Counted from the stretch's first letter, positions 42,953 to 53,030 are shown. The stretch: DNA of 64,000 bases from Betaproteobacteria bacterium RIFCSPLOWO2_12_FULL_68_20 (GCA_001770655.1 MERQ01000020.1:4272-68271); one strand, 5' to 3'. Translations and numbers: made by a program. The notes: generated by a model not told the origin, from the sequence alone.

Positions 42953-43135
42953 ATGCCGCGCAAGGAGGACAACGTCCCGGCCACGCTGCGGGCGGTCTCG
43001 GTGCTCGAAGCGCTGGTCGCGGTCGACAAGCCGGCGGCGCTCGCCGAGCTGACCGCCCTGGTGCGCCTGCCCAAGCCGACCCTGCCGGTGCTGCGCCGGG
43101 CGTCCAGCGCCATGGCGTCGATCCTGAATTCCTAG
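42953..43135 (+). pseudogene. IclR-family regulator with a large in-frame internal deletion (60 aa)
   Basis: The IclR HTH start (TLRAVSVLEAL...LAELTALVRLPKPTL) joins directly to an IclR-like last helix (PVLRRASSAMASIL). The effector domain is absent. Confidence 0.7.
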
Positions 43136-43165
43136 GCTATCTCCTACGCGAGCCGTATTCCGTCC

Positions 43166-44308
43166 ATGAGCGAAGAAACCGGAAAGACCGAGATCCACCG
43201 CGGGCTGAAGGGCGTCTACTTCGATCGCTCGCGCGTCTGCTACATCGACGGGCGCGCCGGCGAGCTGCGCTACCGCGGCTATTCGATACACGACCTGGCC
43301 GCGCACTCGACGTTCGAGGAGACCTGCTGCCTGCTGCTCAAGGGGGAGCTGCCGGGCGCGAGCGAGCTGGAGGCGTTCACGCGCGAGCTCAAGGCGGCGC
43401 GCATCCTGCCGCCCGAGATCCTGCAGGTGATCCGGACCGTGAAGGCGGCGCATCCCATGGACGTTTTGAGGACCGCAGTGTCCGCCCTTGCCGCCTTCGA
43501 TCCGGACGTGGCGGACAACTCGCCCGGGGCGATCGTGCGCAAGGGCCTGCGGCTCGCCTCGCAGGTGCCGATGATCGTCGCGGCGCACGAGCACATCCGC
43601 AACGGCCGCGAGCCGGTGGCGCCGGATCCGTCGCTGGGCCACGCGGCCAATTTTCTCTACATGCTGAAGGGCGCGCGCCCGGGCGCCGACGCGGCGAAGC
43701 TCATGGACACCGACATGATCCTGCACGCCGAGCACGGCTCGAACGCGTCGTCGTTCACTGCGCGCGTGGTCGCCGGCACCGAGGCCAACCTGCACGCGGC
43801 GGTCACCGCCGCGATCGCGGCGCTCTCCGGCCCGGCGCACGGCGGCGCGGCCGAGAACGTGATGCTCATGGCGCAGGAGGTCGGCGAGGCCGCCAATGCC
43901 GCCGAGTACGTGAAGCGCAAGCGCGCCGGCAAGCAGCCGGTCATGGGCTTCGGCCACCGCGTCTATCGGGCGGAGGACCCGCGCGCGCGCCACATGCGCG
44001 CCGGCGTCGAAAAGCTCTCGATCGAGATGGGCCAGCCGAAGTGGTACCGGATCCTCGAGGCGCTCGTGCAGGCGATGAAGCCCTACGCGCGCCACGGCGT
44101 CAACGTGAACGTCGATTTCTACGCCGGCGTCGTGTATTACCTGAACGGCATCCCGGCCGACCTGTTCGTCCCGATCTTCGCCGTCGGCCGCGTGCCCGGC
44201 TGGACCGTCCAGGCGCTCGAGCAGATGGAGAACAACATCCTCATCCGCCCGCTCACGCTGTACAACGGCCCCGCGGCGCGGGACTACGTGCCTCTAGAGC
44301 TGCGCTAG
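43166..44308 (+). CDS. Citrate/2-methylcitrate synthase family protein
   Basis: [29 protein letters not shown] and NVDF. Confidence 0.88.
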   Translation: MSEETGKTEIHRGLKGVYFDRSRVCYIDGRAGELRYRGYSIHDLAAHSTFEETCCLLLKGELPGASELEAFTRELKAARILPPEILQVIRTVKAAHPMDVLRTAVSALAAFDPDVADNSPGAIVRKGLRLASQVPMIVAAHEHIRNGREPVAPDPSLGHAANFLYMLKGARPGADAAKLMDTDMILHAEHGSNASSFTARVVAGTEANLHAAVTAAIAALSGPAHGGAAENVMLMAQEVGEAANAAEYVKRKRAGKQPVMGFGHRVYRAEDPRARHMRAGVEKLSIEMGQPKWYRILEALVQAMKPYARHGVNVNVDFYAGVVYYLNGIPADLFVPIFAVGRVPGWTVQALEQMENNILIRPLTLYNGPAARDYVPLELR

Positions 44309-45181
44309 CAGCACCGCGGCGGCGGCGACGATGTCCTCCACCGTCGCGCCCCGGGAAAGATCGCTGATCGGCCGCGCGAAGCCCTGCAGGATCGGGCCGA
44401 CGGCGCGCGCCCCGGCGAGATGCTGGGTCAGCTTGTAGCCGATGTTGCCCGCGTCGAGGTCCGGGAACACCAGCACGTTGGCGCGTCCCGCCACGGCGCT
44501 CTCACCCTTCACTTTCTTTCTCGCGATCGACTCCACGAGAGCCGCGTCGGCCTGCAGCTCGCCGTCGATCGCGAGGTCCGGGGCGCGGCTGCGCGCGATC
44601 TCGAGCGCGCGAACCACTTTCTCGGCACGGGGGTGGCGCGCGCTGCCCTTGGTGGAGAACGAAAGCAGCGCCACGCGGGGCTCGTCCCGGACGAGCGCGC
44701 GGTAGCTTGCCGCCGAGGCGAGCGCGATGTCGGCGAGCTGCTCCGCATCCGGATCGGCGTTCACCGCGCAGTCGGCGTAAAGCAGCACTCTCTCCCCCAG
44801 CAGCATGAGAAAGAAGCTCGAAGGCGTGCCGATCCCTTCGGCAAGCCCGATGGTCATCAATCCGGCCTCGATCACGCGCGCCGTGGGATGCGCGACGCCC
44901 GCAAGCATGGCGTCGGCGTCGCCCGAGCGCACCATCATGCCGGCGTGAAACAGGGGCTTGCGCACCGCGCGCTGCGCGATCTTCGGGTTGCCCGGGAAAA
45001 GCGCCGCATAGGCGCCGAGCCGCGGGTCGGTCGCGGGATCGACGGGCAGGATGGCCTCGGCAAGCCCTTCGTCCTTCAGCCTGCGCGCCGCCTCGACGAT
45101 GCGCGCGTCGCCGACTTCGGGCAGCACCAGGCGCCCGCGGCGGCGCCGCGCTCGCGCAAACAGCTCGTCAAGGATGCGCAC
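44294..45181 (-). CDS. pta: Phosphate acetyltransferase
   Basis: [48 protein letters not shown] and DLSRG. The start is uncertain (ORF open to 45217). Confidence 0.85.
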   Translation of the reverse strand: MRILDELFARARRRRGRLVLPEVGDARIVEAARRLKDEGLAEAILPVDPATDPRLGAYAALFPGNPKIAQRAVRKPLFHAGMMVRSGDADAMLAGVAHPTARVIEAGLMTIGLAEGIGTPSSFFLMLLGERVLLYADCAVNADPDAEQLADIALASAASYRALVRDEPRVALLSFSTKGSARHPRAEKVVRALEIARSRAPDLAIDGELQADAALVESIARKKVKGESAVAGRANVLVFPDLDAGNIGYKLTQHLAGARAVGPILQGFARPISDLSRGATVEDIVAAAAVLLAQL

Positions 45182-45194
45182 TGTGCGAGGATTG

Positions 45195-45227
45195 TAAAAA
45201 CAAAAGGGCCCGCTCACGCGGGCCCTT
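45195..45227 (-). terminator. Rho-independent terminator of the CHAT-cyclase operon
   Basis: Minus strand AAGGGCCCGC-GTGA-GCGGGCCCTT followed by TTGTTTTT. Confidence 0.75.
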
Positions 45228-45250
45228 CTTGAAAACCGGAAGGCCGAGCG

Positions 45251-45928
45251 CTACCTGGCCTCGGTCTTGACCTTGACGTAGTCGGCCATGATGGCGACGT
45301 CCGGGTTGCCCGGCTGGCGCTTCTGCATCTCCGCGACCACCGGCTTCATTTCGCCGTACAGGAGGTGATCCTGCAGCACCGAGTACAGGTACAGCTCGGG
45401 CGTGATGTCGTCGGCCGCCGTCGAAGCGCGCAGCTGCTCGTAGGTCTGCTTCGCCTGGCGCACCTCGGCCTGCTGCTGCGGCGTCAGGCGCTGATCCCGG
45501 TTCAGCCCGCGCACCGCCACGCCTCCCGAACGGCCGAGCTTCGCGATCTGGATCAGCTCAGGCGTCTGGGCGATCTTCTGCGGCACGCCCGAGGGCAGCG
45601 TCGTCACCTGCGGCTGCGCCCCGCTTTGCACCGTGCTCTGCTGCGTGCCGGCGGTGAACGCCGCGGGCCCGCTGTAGCTTTCCTGGCGGCTGCCCTGGAA
45701 GTACACCAGCCGCACCTGCGCACCCGCGGCGACGCGGAAGCGGTCGCCTTCGCGCACCTTCATGAAGGGCTTCGCCTTCGCGGTGCCGGTTCCGCTGGTG
45801 TAGCTGACATCGCCGGCGAGGTGATTGAGCAGGCCGACGTCCTGCTGCTGCGCGAATGCCGCGCCGACGAACAACGCCGCTGCCGCGGCAGCCGCGCCCC
45901 TTGCAAATCTCCGGAATCCCGCGTTCAT
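45251..45928 (-). CDS. Exported hypothetical protein with a FecR-like N-terminal beta domain
   Basis: Signal peptide (..AAFA/QQQ); VGLLNHLAGDV...VREGDRFRVAAGAQVRLVY resembles FecR-type repeats; helical C-terminus. Confidence 0.6.
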   Translation of the reverse strand: MNAGFRRFARGAAAAAAALFVGAAFAQQQDVGLLNHLAGDVSYTSGTGTAKAKPFMKVREGDRFRVAAGAQVRLVYFQGSRQESYSGPAAFTAGTQQSTVQSGAQPQVTTLPSGVPQKIAQTPELIQIAKLGRSGGVAVRGLNRDQRLTPQQQAEVRQAKQTYEQLRASTAADDITPELYLYSVLQDHLLYGEMKPVVAEMQKRQPGNPDVAIMADYVKVKTEAR

Positions 45929-46061
45929 GAATCCTCCCCTCCCAGTAGCGCGAGGGTAGCCTATTGGCCCGCCCCTCGGCCAGCGAGGAATTTTGTCACG
46001 CCGGGACCGGTCAAGCCTCTGATCGGACAAAGATTTGCGACGCGCCCCACCGGCACCCAGT

Positions 46062-47936
46062 CTACTCTGCCTCGATCCCGGTGATCTCGAACACTCGGAT
46101 CGGCTCGCTGCGGCCCTTGACGGTGAGCGTCTCGACCTTGCCGGTCCGCACCCCCGCTCCCGCCGCCCCGACGGTCGATTCCGACGCAGCGATGACGCAC
46201 TTCAGCTCCTTGGTGACGCCCTCCAGGCGGGATGCTGCATTGACTGTGTCGCCGATGGCTGTGAATTCTTTCCTCTTCGGCGTGCCGATGTCGCCGATCA
46301 CCGCCTCGCCGGTGAACAGCCCCACGCCGATCCCGAATTCCGCCAGGCCGCGATCGGGAAAACGCTCATGCATCCATTGCGTGAAACCCGCGGCCTCTTT
46401 CGCCATGCCGAGCGCCGCGCGCACCGCGCGGCGCGCGTGGTCCGGGTAGGTGACCGGCGAGCCGAACACCGCCATCACCGCGTCGCCGATGTACTTGTCC
46501 ACCGTGCCGCCCTGGGCGAGGATCGGCTCGCACACGCGCGTGAAGTACGCGTTCAGCATCTCGACCGTCTCGTGCGCGGTGAGCTTCTCCGAGATAGTGG
46601 TGAAGCCGCGGATGTCGGAAAAAAGCACGGTCACGGTGAGCGCCTCTCCGCCGAGGTCGGGGCGCCGCTCCTCGGCGAGGAGCTTGGCGACCACCTCGTC
46701 GGAAACGTAGCGGCCGAAGATCTGCCGGATCCTGGAGCGCTCGCGCTCCTCGCCCGTGAGCCGCAGGCCGAGGGTCATGAGAAAGGCCGCGGCGAGCGCG
46801 GCCTGCGGCTCGGCGACCGGGAGCACCCAGTCGACCTGGAAAGCGAGATACGCCGGCGGCGCGACCGCGACGAGCAGCACCGCGCCCAGAAGCACCCCGG
46901 CGCCCACGCTCAGCCTGAGGAAGAACCACACGGAGAACGCGAGCAGCATCGCCACGTACGCGATCTCGGCCGCGACCGGGAGCGGCCGCGGATAGCGCCC
47001 GGTCAGGATCGTTTCCACGATGTTGGCGTGGATCTCGCCGCCCGCCATCTGGTCGGCGCGCGCGCCGCGCGAGTAGGGCGTGAAGTGCCGGTCGGAAGTG
47101 CCGACGTTGTTGGCCGCGATGATCGCGACGCGGCCTTTCAGCGCCTGCACCTCCGGCCGCGCCAGTGCGTCGGGCTGCAGCAGCGTGAGCATCGAGACCG
47201 TGGGAATGGTGCCGGGCGGGCCCGCGTAGCCGATCGAATAGCGCCTGAGCTCGCGCTTCAGCGTCACGCCGCCGATCGTCCATTCGTCGCGCGCGGGATC
47301 CAGGCCCGCCGCCCGCAGCGCGAGCTGCATGTTGAACGCGAGCCCCGGGATGGCGGGGTCCGGGACCATGACGGGGTAGAAGCTGCGCACGTGCTTGTCC
47401 GGATCCGGATGCAGGTTCGCGATGCCGAGATCGTTGTTCCCGCCGGGCAGCAGCACGCGCTGATCGTCGGGCGGCGCGAGCAGCCCGAGCTCGCCGCTCG
47501 GCAGCTCGACCAGGTGCGTGATCAGGATCTTGTCGCCGGAGGAGAGCGCCGCGCGCAGCGGCGAGTCGTAATTGCGCGAAATCTCGCTGTCGGGGAGGTT
47601 GAGCTTTTTCAGCCAGCTCTCGGCGCTCACCTGGTAGATGAAGTCCAGCCCGACCACTTTCGCGCCCGCTTTGGCGAGCGTGTCCATCGCCTGCGCCCAG
47701 TACGGCGCCCAGAACGCGAGCGGATCGTCCTTGTACGCGAGCAGCGTCGCGTCGTCGACGGTGATGAACGCGGTATTCCGGGGCTGGTAGCGCACCCCCG
47801 TCAGCACGTGCCAGCTGTCGTAGTACACGCTCTCGAGCGAGCGGTGCCAGTCGGTGCGCGCCAGCCCGGCGGCGAGGCCGGTCGCCGCCGCCGCCACGCC
47901 GAGCCAGCGCAGGAGCTTCTTGTGGAGCGCTTTCAA
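46062..47936 (-). CDS. CHASE2-domain class III adenylate cyclase
   Basis: CHASE2 motifs (FITVDD, VVGLDF, DPDKHVR, MAGGEIHANIVETIL), three TM helices, and cyclase motifs FSDIRGFT, DKYIGDAVM and GDTVNAASRLEG. Confidence 0.9.
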   Translation of the reverse strand: MKALHKKLLRWLGVAAAATGLAAGLARTDWHRSLESVYYDSWHVLTGVRYQPRNTAFITVDDATLLAYKDDPLAFWAPYWAQAMDTLAKAGAKVVGLDFIYQVSAESWLKKLNLPDSEISRNYDSPLRAALSSGDKILITHLVELPSGELGLLAPPDDQRVLLPGGNNDLGIANLHPDPDKHVRSFYPVMVPDPAIPGLAFNMQLALRAAGLDPARDEWTIGGVTLKRELRRYSIGYAGPPGTIPTVSMLTLLQPDALARPEVQALKGRVAIIAANNVGTSDRHFTPYSRGARADQMAGGEIHANIVETILTGRYPRPLPVAAEIAYVAMLLAFSVWFFLRLSVGAGVLLGAVLLVAVAPPAYLAFQVDWVLPVAEPQAALAAAFLMTLGLRLTGEERERSRIRQIFGRYVSDEVVAKLLAEERRPDLGGEALTVTVLFSDIRGFTTISEKLTAHETVEMLNAYFTRVCEPILAQGGTVDKYIGDAVMAVFGSPVTYPDHARRAVRAALGMAKEAAGFTQWMHERFPDRGLAEFGIGVGLFTGEAVIGDIGTPKRKEFTAIGDTVNAASRLEGVTKELKCVIAASESTVGAAGAGVRTGKVETLTVKGRSEPIRVFEITGIEAE

Positions 47937-50900
47937 TCGCCGACGAACACGAACGCCGCCCAGAAGAACGGATGCGCGCGCGAGAAGTGGTACCCGCCCC
48001 GGGCGTAGCGCCCGGAGGCGACCTGGCGCTGCGCGTCGTTCATCGCCGCGAGCGCCGGCATGCCGGACTTGATGTTGCGGAAGGTCGAGGTCATGAGCGC
48101 CTTGGCGGAGAGGCTGTCCACGCTCCAGTGCGACACCAGCAGGCTCTTCGCCCCGGCGTACATGAAGGCACGCGTCAGGCCGGCGAAGCCCTCGCCGTTG
48201 TTCGCCTGCGCCGATTCGCCAGCCGTATTGCAGGCCGAGAGCGCGACCAGCTCGGCGTTGAGCTCCAGGTCCTCGATCACCTCCTTCATGGTGAGCAGCC
48301 CGTCCTCGCCCTTCAGGTCGCCCACCAGCGTGAGCGCGAGCGCCGGCTGGGCCTGCGGGCGCTCGGGGAGCCGGCGCGCCTCGCCTTCCTCCAGCGGCAG
48401 GTCGCTCGCAAGGTACTCTCCGCCAAGAAAGCCGTGGGTGGCGAAAAGCACGTAACGGGCGTCGCGCAGGTGTAGCTCCTTGGCGACGCGCTCCTGCGCC
48501 AGCTCGCCGACGTAGAGATGGGTGTTGCCGCCCAGCACCTGCGCGATCTCCTTCGCCTCCTCTGCCGTCTCGGCGAGGCGCGGGATCGCCGGAACGCCGC
48601 CCGCGCCCTTGCCGAAGCCGATGTTGAGCTGCGAGAGCGCCTTCACTGTCCGGCCGGGCATGGCGCGCGCGGCATCGGCGGCGAACACCGGGTCGGCGAA
48701 CGCGACCAGGTCGAGCTTGGCGAGCGCGGTGTTCTTCGGATAGAGCCGCTGCGAGGCGAGCGCCGCGAGGCTCGGCAGGTAGGCGATGCCGTGCTTGCGG
48801 CCGAGATACGAGAGCGGCGCGTATTCGCCGAAGAACGGGCGCTCTGCGCTGCCGTCATTGGCGCTCTTCGCCTGCTCGAACGCCGCTCGCTCGGCCGGCG
48901 TATAGCTCGTCACGAAGAACTCGAACGGGATCGTCTGCAGCGGCCCGTCGGCGACCACCAGCAGCTTATCCTGACCCGCCACCATGTCCGCCACCGGCGC
49001 GTACAGGTCGCGATACAGAGAGTGCAGCGTCTCGGGCTCGATTTCGCGCAGGAACAGCACCGACTCGCCGAGCGCCACTTTGTCGATCGCGCGCCGGATG
49101 CGGTACACGCGCTCGGCGAGCTCGGATCGGCGCACCGGGACCACGACCATGCGAAAGCGCTCGCGAGTGACCGCGAAGACCAGCGCCTCCTGCGGCAGCA
49201 GCACATAGGAAAGCAGCACCTCGCCGGCCCTGAGAAGCCGCTGCTGCAAATCCTCGGCGGTCACCGGGCGCGGATTCGTCAGCTCCATGAAGCGCGGGTA
49301 CTCGCGCCAGAGCCGCTCGTCGGCCGCCGCGAGCTCCTTCGAGGCCTGAGCGATCTGCGCGTCGAGCTCGGCGACGCGCTGCGCGGCGTTGGCGAGCGTC
49401 ACCGGAACCGTGGCGCGGCCCTGGCGCAGCTGCGCGAGGCGCTCCTGCAGGGCCTCGCGCCCCTCGCGCGCAGCTACGAACGCGGGCTCGCCCGAGAAGC
49501 GCGCCACGTCGGCCTGGCGCATCATCTCGGTGAAGATGCGGCTCTGGTTGCGCGAGGCGACCGCGAGCGCCTCGCGGTCGTAGCCGGCCGAGGGCTGCGC
49601 GCGGTGCAGCCGCAGCAGCAGCCGGATGGTCTCGCGGTAGATCGCCGAGAACTGCTGCAGGAACGTCGCGCGCGTCTCCTCCGAGTAGCCGCGCGTCTGC
49701 GAGTAGAGGAAATCGAGCGTCTCCACCGCCTCCTTGTAGTACGGCAGCGCCTCGCGGTTGCGGCCGCGCTTGGCGAGCGAGTAGCCCAGGCGGCTCGCGT
49801 TGATGAGCAGGTTCCTCGGATTGCCCGCCTTGCGCGAGATCTCGATCGCGCGCAGGTACGAGGCCTCGGCCTCGGCGCTCTTGCCCTGGCGGTCGAGCGC
49901 GAGCGAGAGCGAGGTGAGCACGGCGGCCGTGTCGGGATGCTGCTCGCCGAACACCTTCTCCATGGTGGCGAGGGCGGCGCGGTGCATGCCTTCGGCCTGC
50001 GCGAAATCGCCGCGCAGCGCGAGCATCACGCCGAGGTTGTTGTACGTCACCGCTGTCGAGGGATGCTCGCGGCCGAGTGCGCGGTCCTGGATCGCGAGCG
50101 CGCGCCGGTACATCGACTCCACCTCGGTGAACGCGCCCACCGCGGCGCCGGTGCGGACGCGGGCGCGCGCCTCCGACACCGTGATCTGCTGGTCCTTGCC
50201 GAGCTCCTGGAGCACGTTGGCGAGGTTGTTGAGGCTGGTGGCGACGTCCGGATGCTCGGCGCCGAGCACTTTCTCGCGCACCGCGAGCGCGCGGCGGTAG
50301 ACCTTTTCCGCCTCGGCGTACTTGCCCTGGAGGCTCAGCACGTTGCCCAGGTTCGACATCGAGGTCGCGGTGCTCGGGTGCTCGGGGCCGAGGGTCTTCT
50401 CGTGGATCGCCAGCACCTGGTGATGCAGCGTCTCCGCGACCTGGAACTCGCCGCGCTTGAGCGCCTCCTCGGCGCGCGCCGCAAGCTGCGCCTCCTCGCC
50501 GCCGGCCGCGGTGGCGCGCCCCCCCGCGGGCTTCGGCGCGGCGCCCGAGCCGGCGAACTTGCCCTGGCTGTCCAGCGCACGCGCCAGATTCGACACCACC
50601 GACGCCGTATCGGGATGATCCCGGCCGAGCTTCTTCTCCAGGATGCCGACGGCGCGCCTGAGCAGCGTTTCGGCGCCCGGATAGTCGCCGAGCTTTTCCA
50701 GCACCAGGGCGAGGCTGTTCAGCGCCGCGGCCGTGTACTCGTGCTCGGGGCCGAGGCGACGCTCGTAGATCGTGAGCATGCGACGGAAGTTGCCCTCGGC
50801 CTCGTTGAACTTGCCCTGGCGCCGCTGCGCCTCGCCCAGCAGCTGGTGCGCCACGGCGACGTTCGCGTGGTCGGCGCCGAAAGTGCGGACGTTCTCCTCG

Positions 50901-51100
50901 AGCAGGCGCAGGCCGGCGGCCTCGGTGGCCGCATAGTCGCCGCGCGTCAGGGCGCCCTGCGCCTCGGCGAGCAGAGCCCGTGCGCGCCCGTCGTCCACCT
51001 GGCGCTGCTGCGCGCCCGGTTGCGGCTTGCGCTGCGCGGTCTGCGCATGTGCCGCCGTCGCCGCGGCGAGCAGCGCGGCGAGCAGCGCGGCCGCGCGCAT
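47933..51100 (-). CDS. Exported TPR-repeat CHAT-domain (caspase-like) protease
   Basis: Signal peptide, TPR repeats, and CHAT motifs ADGPLQTIPF, FADP, catalytic His in FATHG, catalytic Cys in LSACNT, SHWSVD and HPFFWAAF. Confidence 0.9.
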   Translation of the reverse strand: MRAAALLAALLAAATAAHAQTAQRKPQPGAQQRQVDDGRARALLAEAQGALTRGDYAATEAAGLRLLEENVRTFGADHANVAVAHQLLGEAQRRQGKFNEAEGNFRRMLTIYERRLGPEHEYTAAALNSLALVLEKLGDYPGAETLLRRAVGILEKKLGRDHPDTASVVSNLARALDSQGKFAGSGAAPKPAGGRATAAGGEEAQLAARAEEALKRGEFQVAETLHHQVLAIHEKTLGPEHPSTATSMSNLGNVLSLQGKYAEAEKVYRRALAVREKVLGAEHPDVATSLNNLANVLQELGKDQQITVSEARARVRTGAAVGAFTEVESMYRRALAIQDRALGREHPSTAVTYNNLGVMLALRGDFAQAEGMHRAALATMEKVFGEQHPDTAAVLTSLSLALDRQGKSAEAEASYLRAIEISRKAGNPRNLLINASRLGYSLAKRGRNREALPYYKEAVETLDFLYSQTRGYSEETRATFLQQFSAIYRETIRLLLRLHRAQPSAGYDREALAVASRNQSRIFTEMMRQADVARFSGEPAFVAAREGREALQERLAQLRQGRATVPVTLANAAQRVAELDAQIAQASKELAAADERLWREYPRFMELTNPRPVTAEDLQQRLLRAGEVLLSYVLLPQEALVFAVTRERFRMVVVPVRRSELAERVYRIRRAIDKVALGESVLFLREIEPETLHSLYRDLYAPVADMVAGQDKLLVVADGPLQTIPFEFFVTSYTPAERAAFEQAKSANDGSAERPFFGEYAPLSYLGRKHGIAYLPSLAALASQRLYPKNTALAKLDLVAFADPVFAADAARAMPGRTVKALSQLNIGFGKGAGGVPAIPRLAETAEEAKEIAQVLGGNTHLYVGELAQERVAKELHLRDARYVLFATHGFLGGEYLASDLPLEEGEARRLPERPQAQPALALTLVGDLKGEDGLLTMKEVIEDLELNAELVALSACNTAGESAQANNGEGFAGLTRAFMYAGAKSLLVSHWSVDSLSAKALMTSTFRNIKSGMPALAAMNDAQRQVASGRYARGGYHFSRAHPFFWAAFVFVGD
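49900..50900 (-). repeat. Tetratricopeptide repeats within the CHAT protein (approximate bounds)
   Basis: Units such as LGPEHEYTAAALNSL, LGRDHPDTASVVSNL, LGPEHPSTATSMSNL, LGAEHPDVATSLNNL, LGREHPSTAVTYNNL and FGEQHPDTAAVL. Confidence 0.8.
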
Positions 51101-51537
51101 CAGCCGTGGAGCGCGATGAGGATGCTGCAAGGCGCGTAATCGAGCAGCGACGCCCCGACCGAGCCCTTCCACCAGCGCGCCGCGAACGACGTGGTCTGGT
51201 TGTGGCCGAGCACGATCAGGTCGGCGCCTACTTCCTTCGCCGAGCGGCAGATCTCCTCGACCGGCTCGCCGACCGCGAGGTGCCCGATAGCCTTGAAGCC
51301 GCTCTCGCGCAGCGTGCGGATGCCCTCGTCGAGGATGCTCTGGGTGCGCTTCTTCTCCTCCTCGAGCAGCTCCTCGGGCACGAAGCCCTCGGTGAGGAAC
51401 AGGCTCGGCGGCATGCTGGCGACCGCGAGCAGGTGCGTCTCGGCGCCAAGGAAGGTCGCGAGGTCGGCGCACTCGAGCAGCGCGCGCCTGCCTTCCTGCG
51501 AGCCGTTGTAGGCGAGAAGGATCTTCTGGTATTTCAT
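51100..51537 (-). CDS. Universal stress protein
   Basis: YQKILLAYNGS, ADLIVLG and GSVGASLLDYAPCSIL. Confidence 0.88.
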   Translation of the reverse strand: MKYQKILLAYNGSQEGRRALLECADLATFLGAETHLLAVASMPPSLFLTEGFVPEELLEEEKKRTQSILDEGIRTLRESGFKAIGHLAVGEPVEEICRSAKEVGADLIVLGHNQTTSFAARWWKGSVGASLLDYAPCSILIALHG

Positions 51538-51606
51538 GCCAGCCCCTCCTCCGGTGGTGGGCAACTCGATTATATCCGCCGCTCATCCAATACAATAGAC
51601 AGCCCC

Positions 51607-52815
51607 ATGCTCGACGCCTACCTGTACGACGGGTTGCGCACCCCGATCGGCCGCCACGCCGGCAAGCTCGCGCCGCTGCGCCCCGACGACCTCGCGGCCG
51701 AGGTGATTCGACAGGTGGTCGCGAGAAACAGCCTCGATCCGGCCGAGATCAGCGACGTGGTGCTCGGCTGCGTCAACCAGGCGGGCGAGGACTGCCGCAA
51801 CGTGGCGCGCTTCGCGGCGCTTCTCGCCGGCCTTCCGCCGAGCACGCCCGGCGCGACAGTGAACCGGCTGTGCGCGAGCGGGCTGCAGGCGGTGGTGGAC
51901 GCGGCGCGCGCGATCACCTGCGGCGAGGGCGAGCTCTACCTCGCCGGCGGCGTCGAGAGCATGTCGCGCGCGCCGTACGTGCTGGCAAAGTCCGAGGCGC
52001 CCTACAGCCGCGAGGCGAAGATGTACGACTCGACCATCGGCGCGCGCTTCCAGAACCCGCGCTTCGTCAAGCAGTACGGCGATCACTCGATGCCGCAGAC
52101 CGGCGACAACGTGGCGAGGGATTTCGGCATCACGCGCGGCGAGGCCGACGAGTTCGCGCTCGCCTCGCAGCAGAAGTACGCGCGCGCCGAGGCCGAGGGC
52201 TTCTACAAGGGCGAGATCCACCCGGTCGCGCTCCCGGCGCGCAAGAAGGACGCGCCGCCCGCGACGCTGGACGCCGACGAGCACCCGCGGCGCGACTCGA
52301 CGCTGGAGGCGCTCGCGAAGCTCAAGCCGCTGTTCGAGGGCGGCGTGGTCACCGCGGGCAATGCGTCGGGCGTGAATGACGGCGCCGCCGCCCTGGTGAT
52401 CGGTTCGAGGGCTTGGGGAGAAAAAAAGGGCAGGAAGCCCATGGCGCGCATCCTCGCTGCGGCGAGCGCCGCGGTCGAGCCGCGCATCATGGGCGTCGGC
52501 CCGGCATACGCGATTCCGCTTGCCCTGCAGCGCGCCGGCCTTTCGCTCAAGGACATGGACGTCATCGAGATCAACGAGGCCTTCGCCAGCCAAGTGCTCG
52601 GCTGCCTCAAGTTGATGAACGTCGACTTCAAGGACCCGCGGGTCAACCCGAACGGCGGCGCGATCGCGATCGGGCATCCCCTCGGCTGCTCGGGAGCGCG
52701 CCTCGCCCTGACGGTGGCGCGCGAGCTGCAGCAGTCCGGCGGCCGGTACGCGGCGGTGTCGTTGTGCATCGGAGTCGGGCAGGGACTGGCCGTGATCCTG
52801 GAGCGCATGAGCTGA
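51607..52815 (+). CDS. Thiolase (3-oxoadipyl-CoA thiolase-like acetyl-CoA C-acyltransferase)
   Basis: NRLCASG, NEAFA, GGAIAIGHPLG and SLCIGVGQG. Confidence 0.9.
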   Translation: MLDAYLYDGLRTPIGRHAGKLAPLRPDDLAAEVIRQVVARNSLDPAEISDVVLGCVNQAGEDCRNVARFAALLAGLPPSTPGATVNRLCASGLQAVVDAARAITCGEGELYLAGGVESMSRAPYVLAKSEAPYSREAKMYDSTIGARFQNPRFVKQYGDHSMPQTGDNVARDFGITRGEADEFALASQQKYARAEAEGFYKGEIHPVALPARKKDAPPATLDADEHPRRDSTLEALAKLKPLFEGGVVTAGNASGVNDGAAALVIGSRAWGEKKGRKPMARILAAASAAVEPRIMGVGPAYAIPLALQRAGLSLKDMDVIEINEAFASQVLGCLKLMNVDFKDPRVNPNGGAIAIGHPLGCSGARLALTVARELQQSGGRYAAVSLCIGVGQGLAVILERMS

Positions 52816-52874
52816 TTTTTCTTGATTTAACTCAGTTCCTTGGCCGTCCCGACGCGGCATAAGTCCGGAGGACG

Positions 52875-53024
52875 ATGAACGCTCCACTCAAGGCCCGGCC
52901 GCCCAAGGCCCAGTTCGTCTGGGACGACCCGCTCCTGCTGAGCGGCCAGCTCATCGAAGACGAGCGCATGGTGCGCGATGCGGCGCACGCCTACTACTGC
53001 CAGGGCATACAGGGATTCAGCTAA
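52875..53024 (+). pseudogene. gcdH: 5' fragment of a glutaryl-CoA dehydrogenase-type acyl-CoA dehydrogenase
   Basis: GGAGG SD, then MNAPLKARPPKAQFVWDDPLLLSGQLIEDERMVRDAAHAY(Y)CQ, the typical GcdH N-terminus. Similarity stops near 53004 and a stop codon follows. Confidence 0.75.
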
Positions 53025-53030
53025 AGCGCC

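Noticed and set aside
47933-51100. TPR-CHAT as a type III-E CRISPR-associated (Craspase) protease
   Set aside because: There is no CRISPR array or cas gene in the window, and the protein has a signal peptide and a cyclase neighbourhood.
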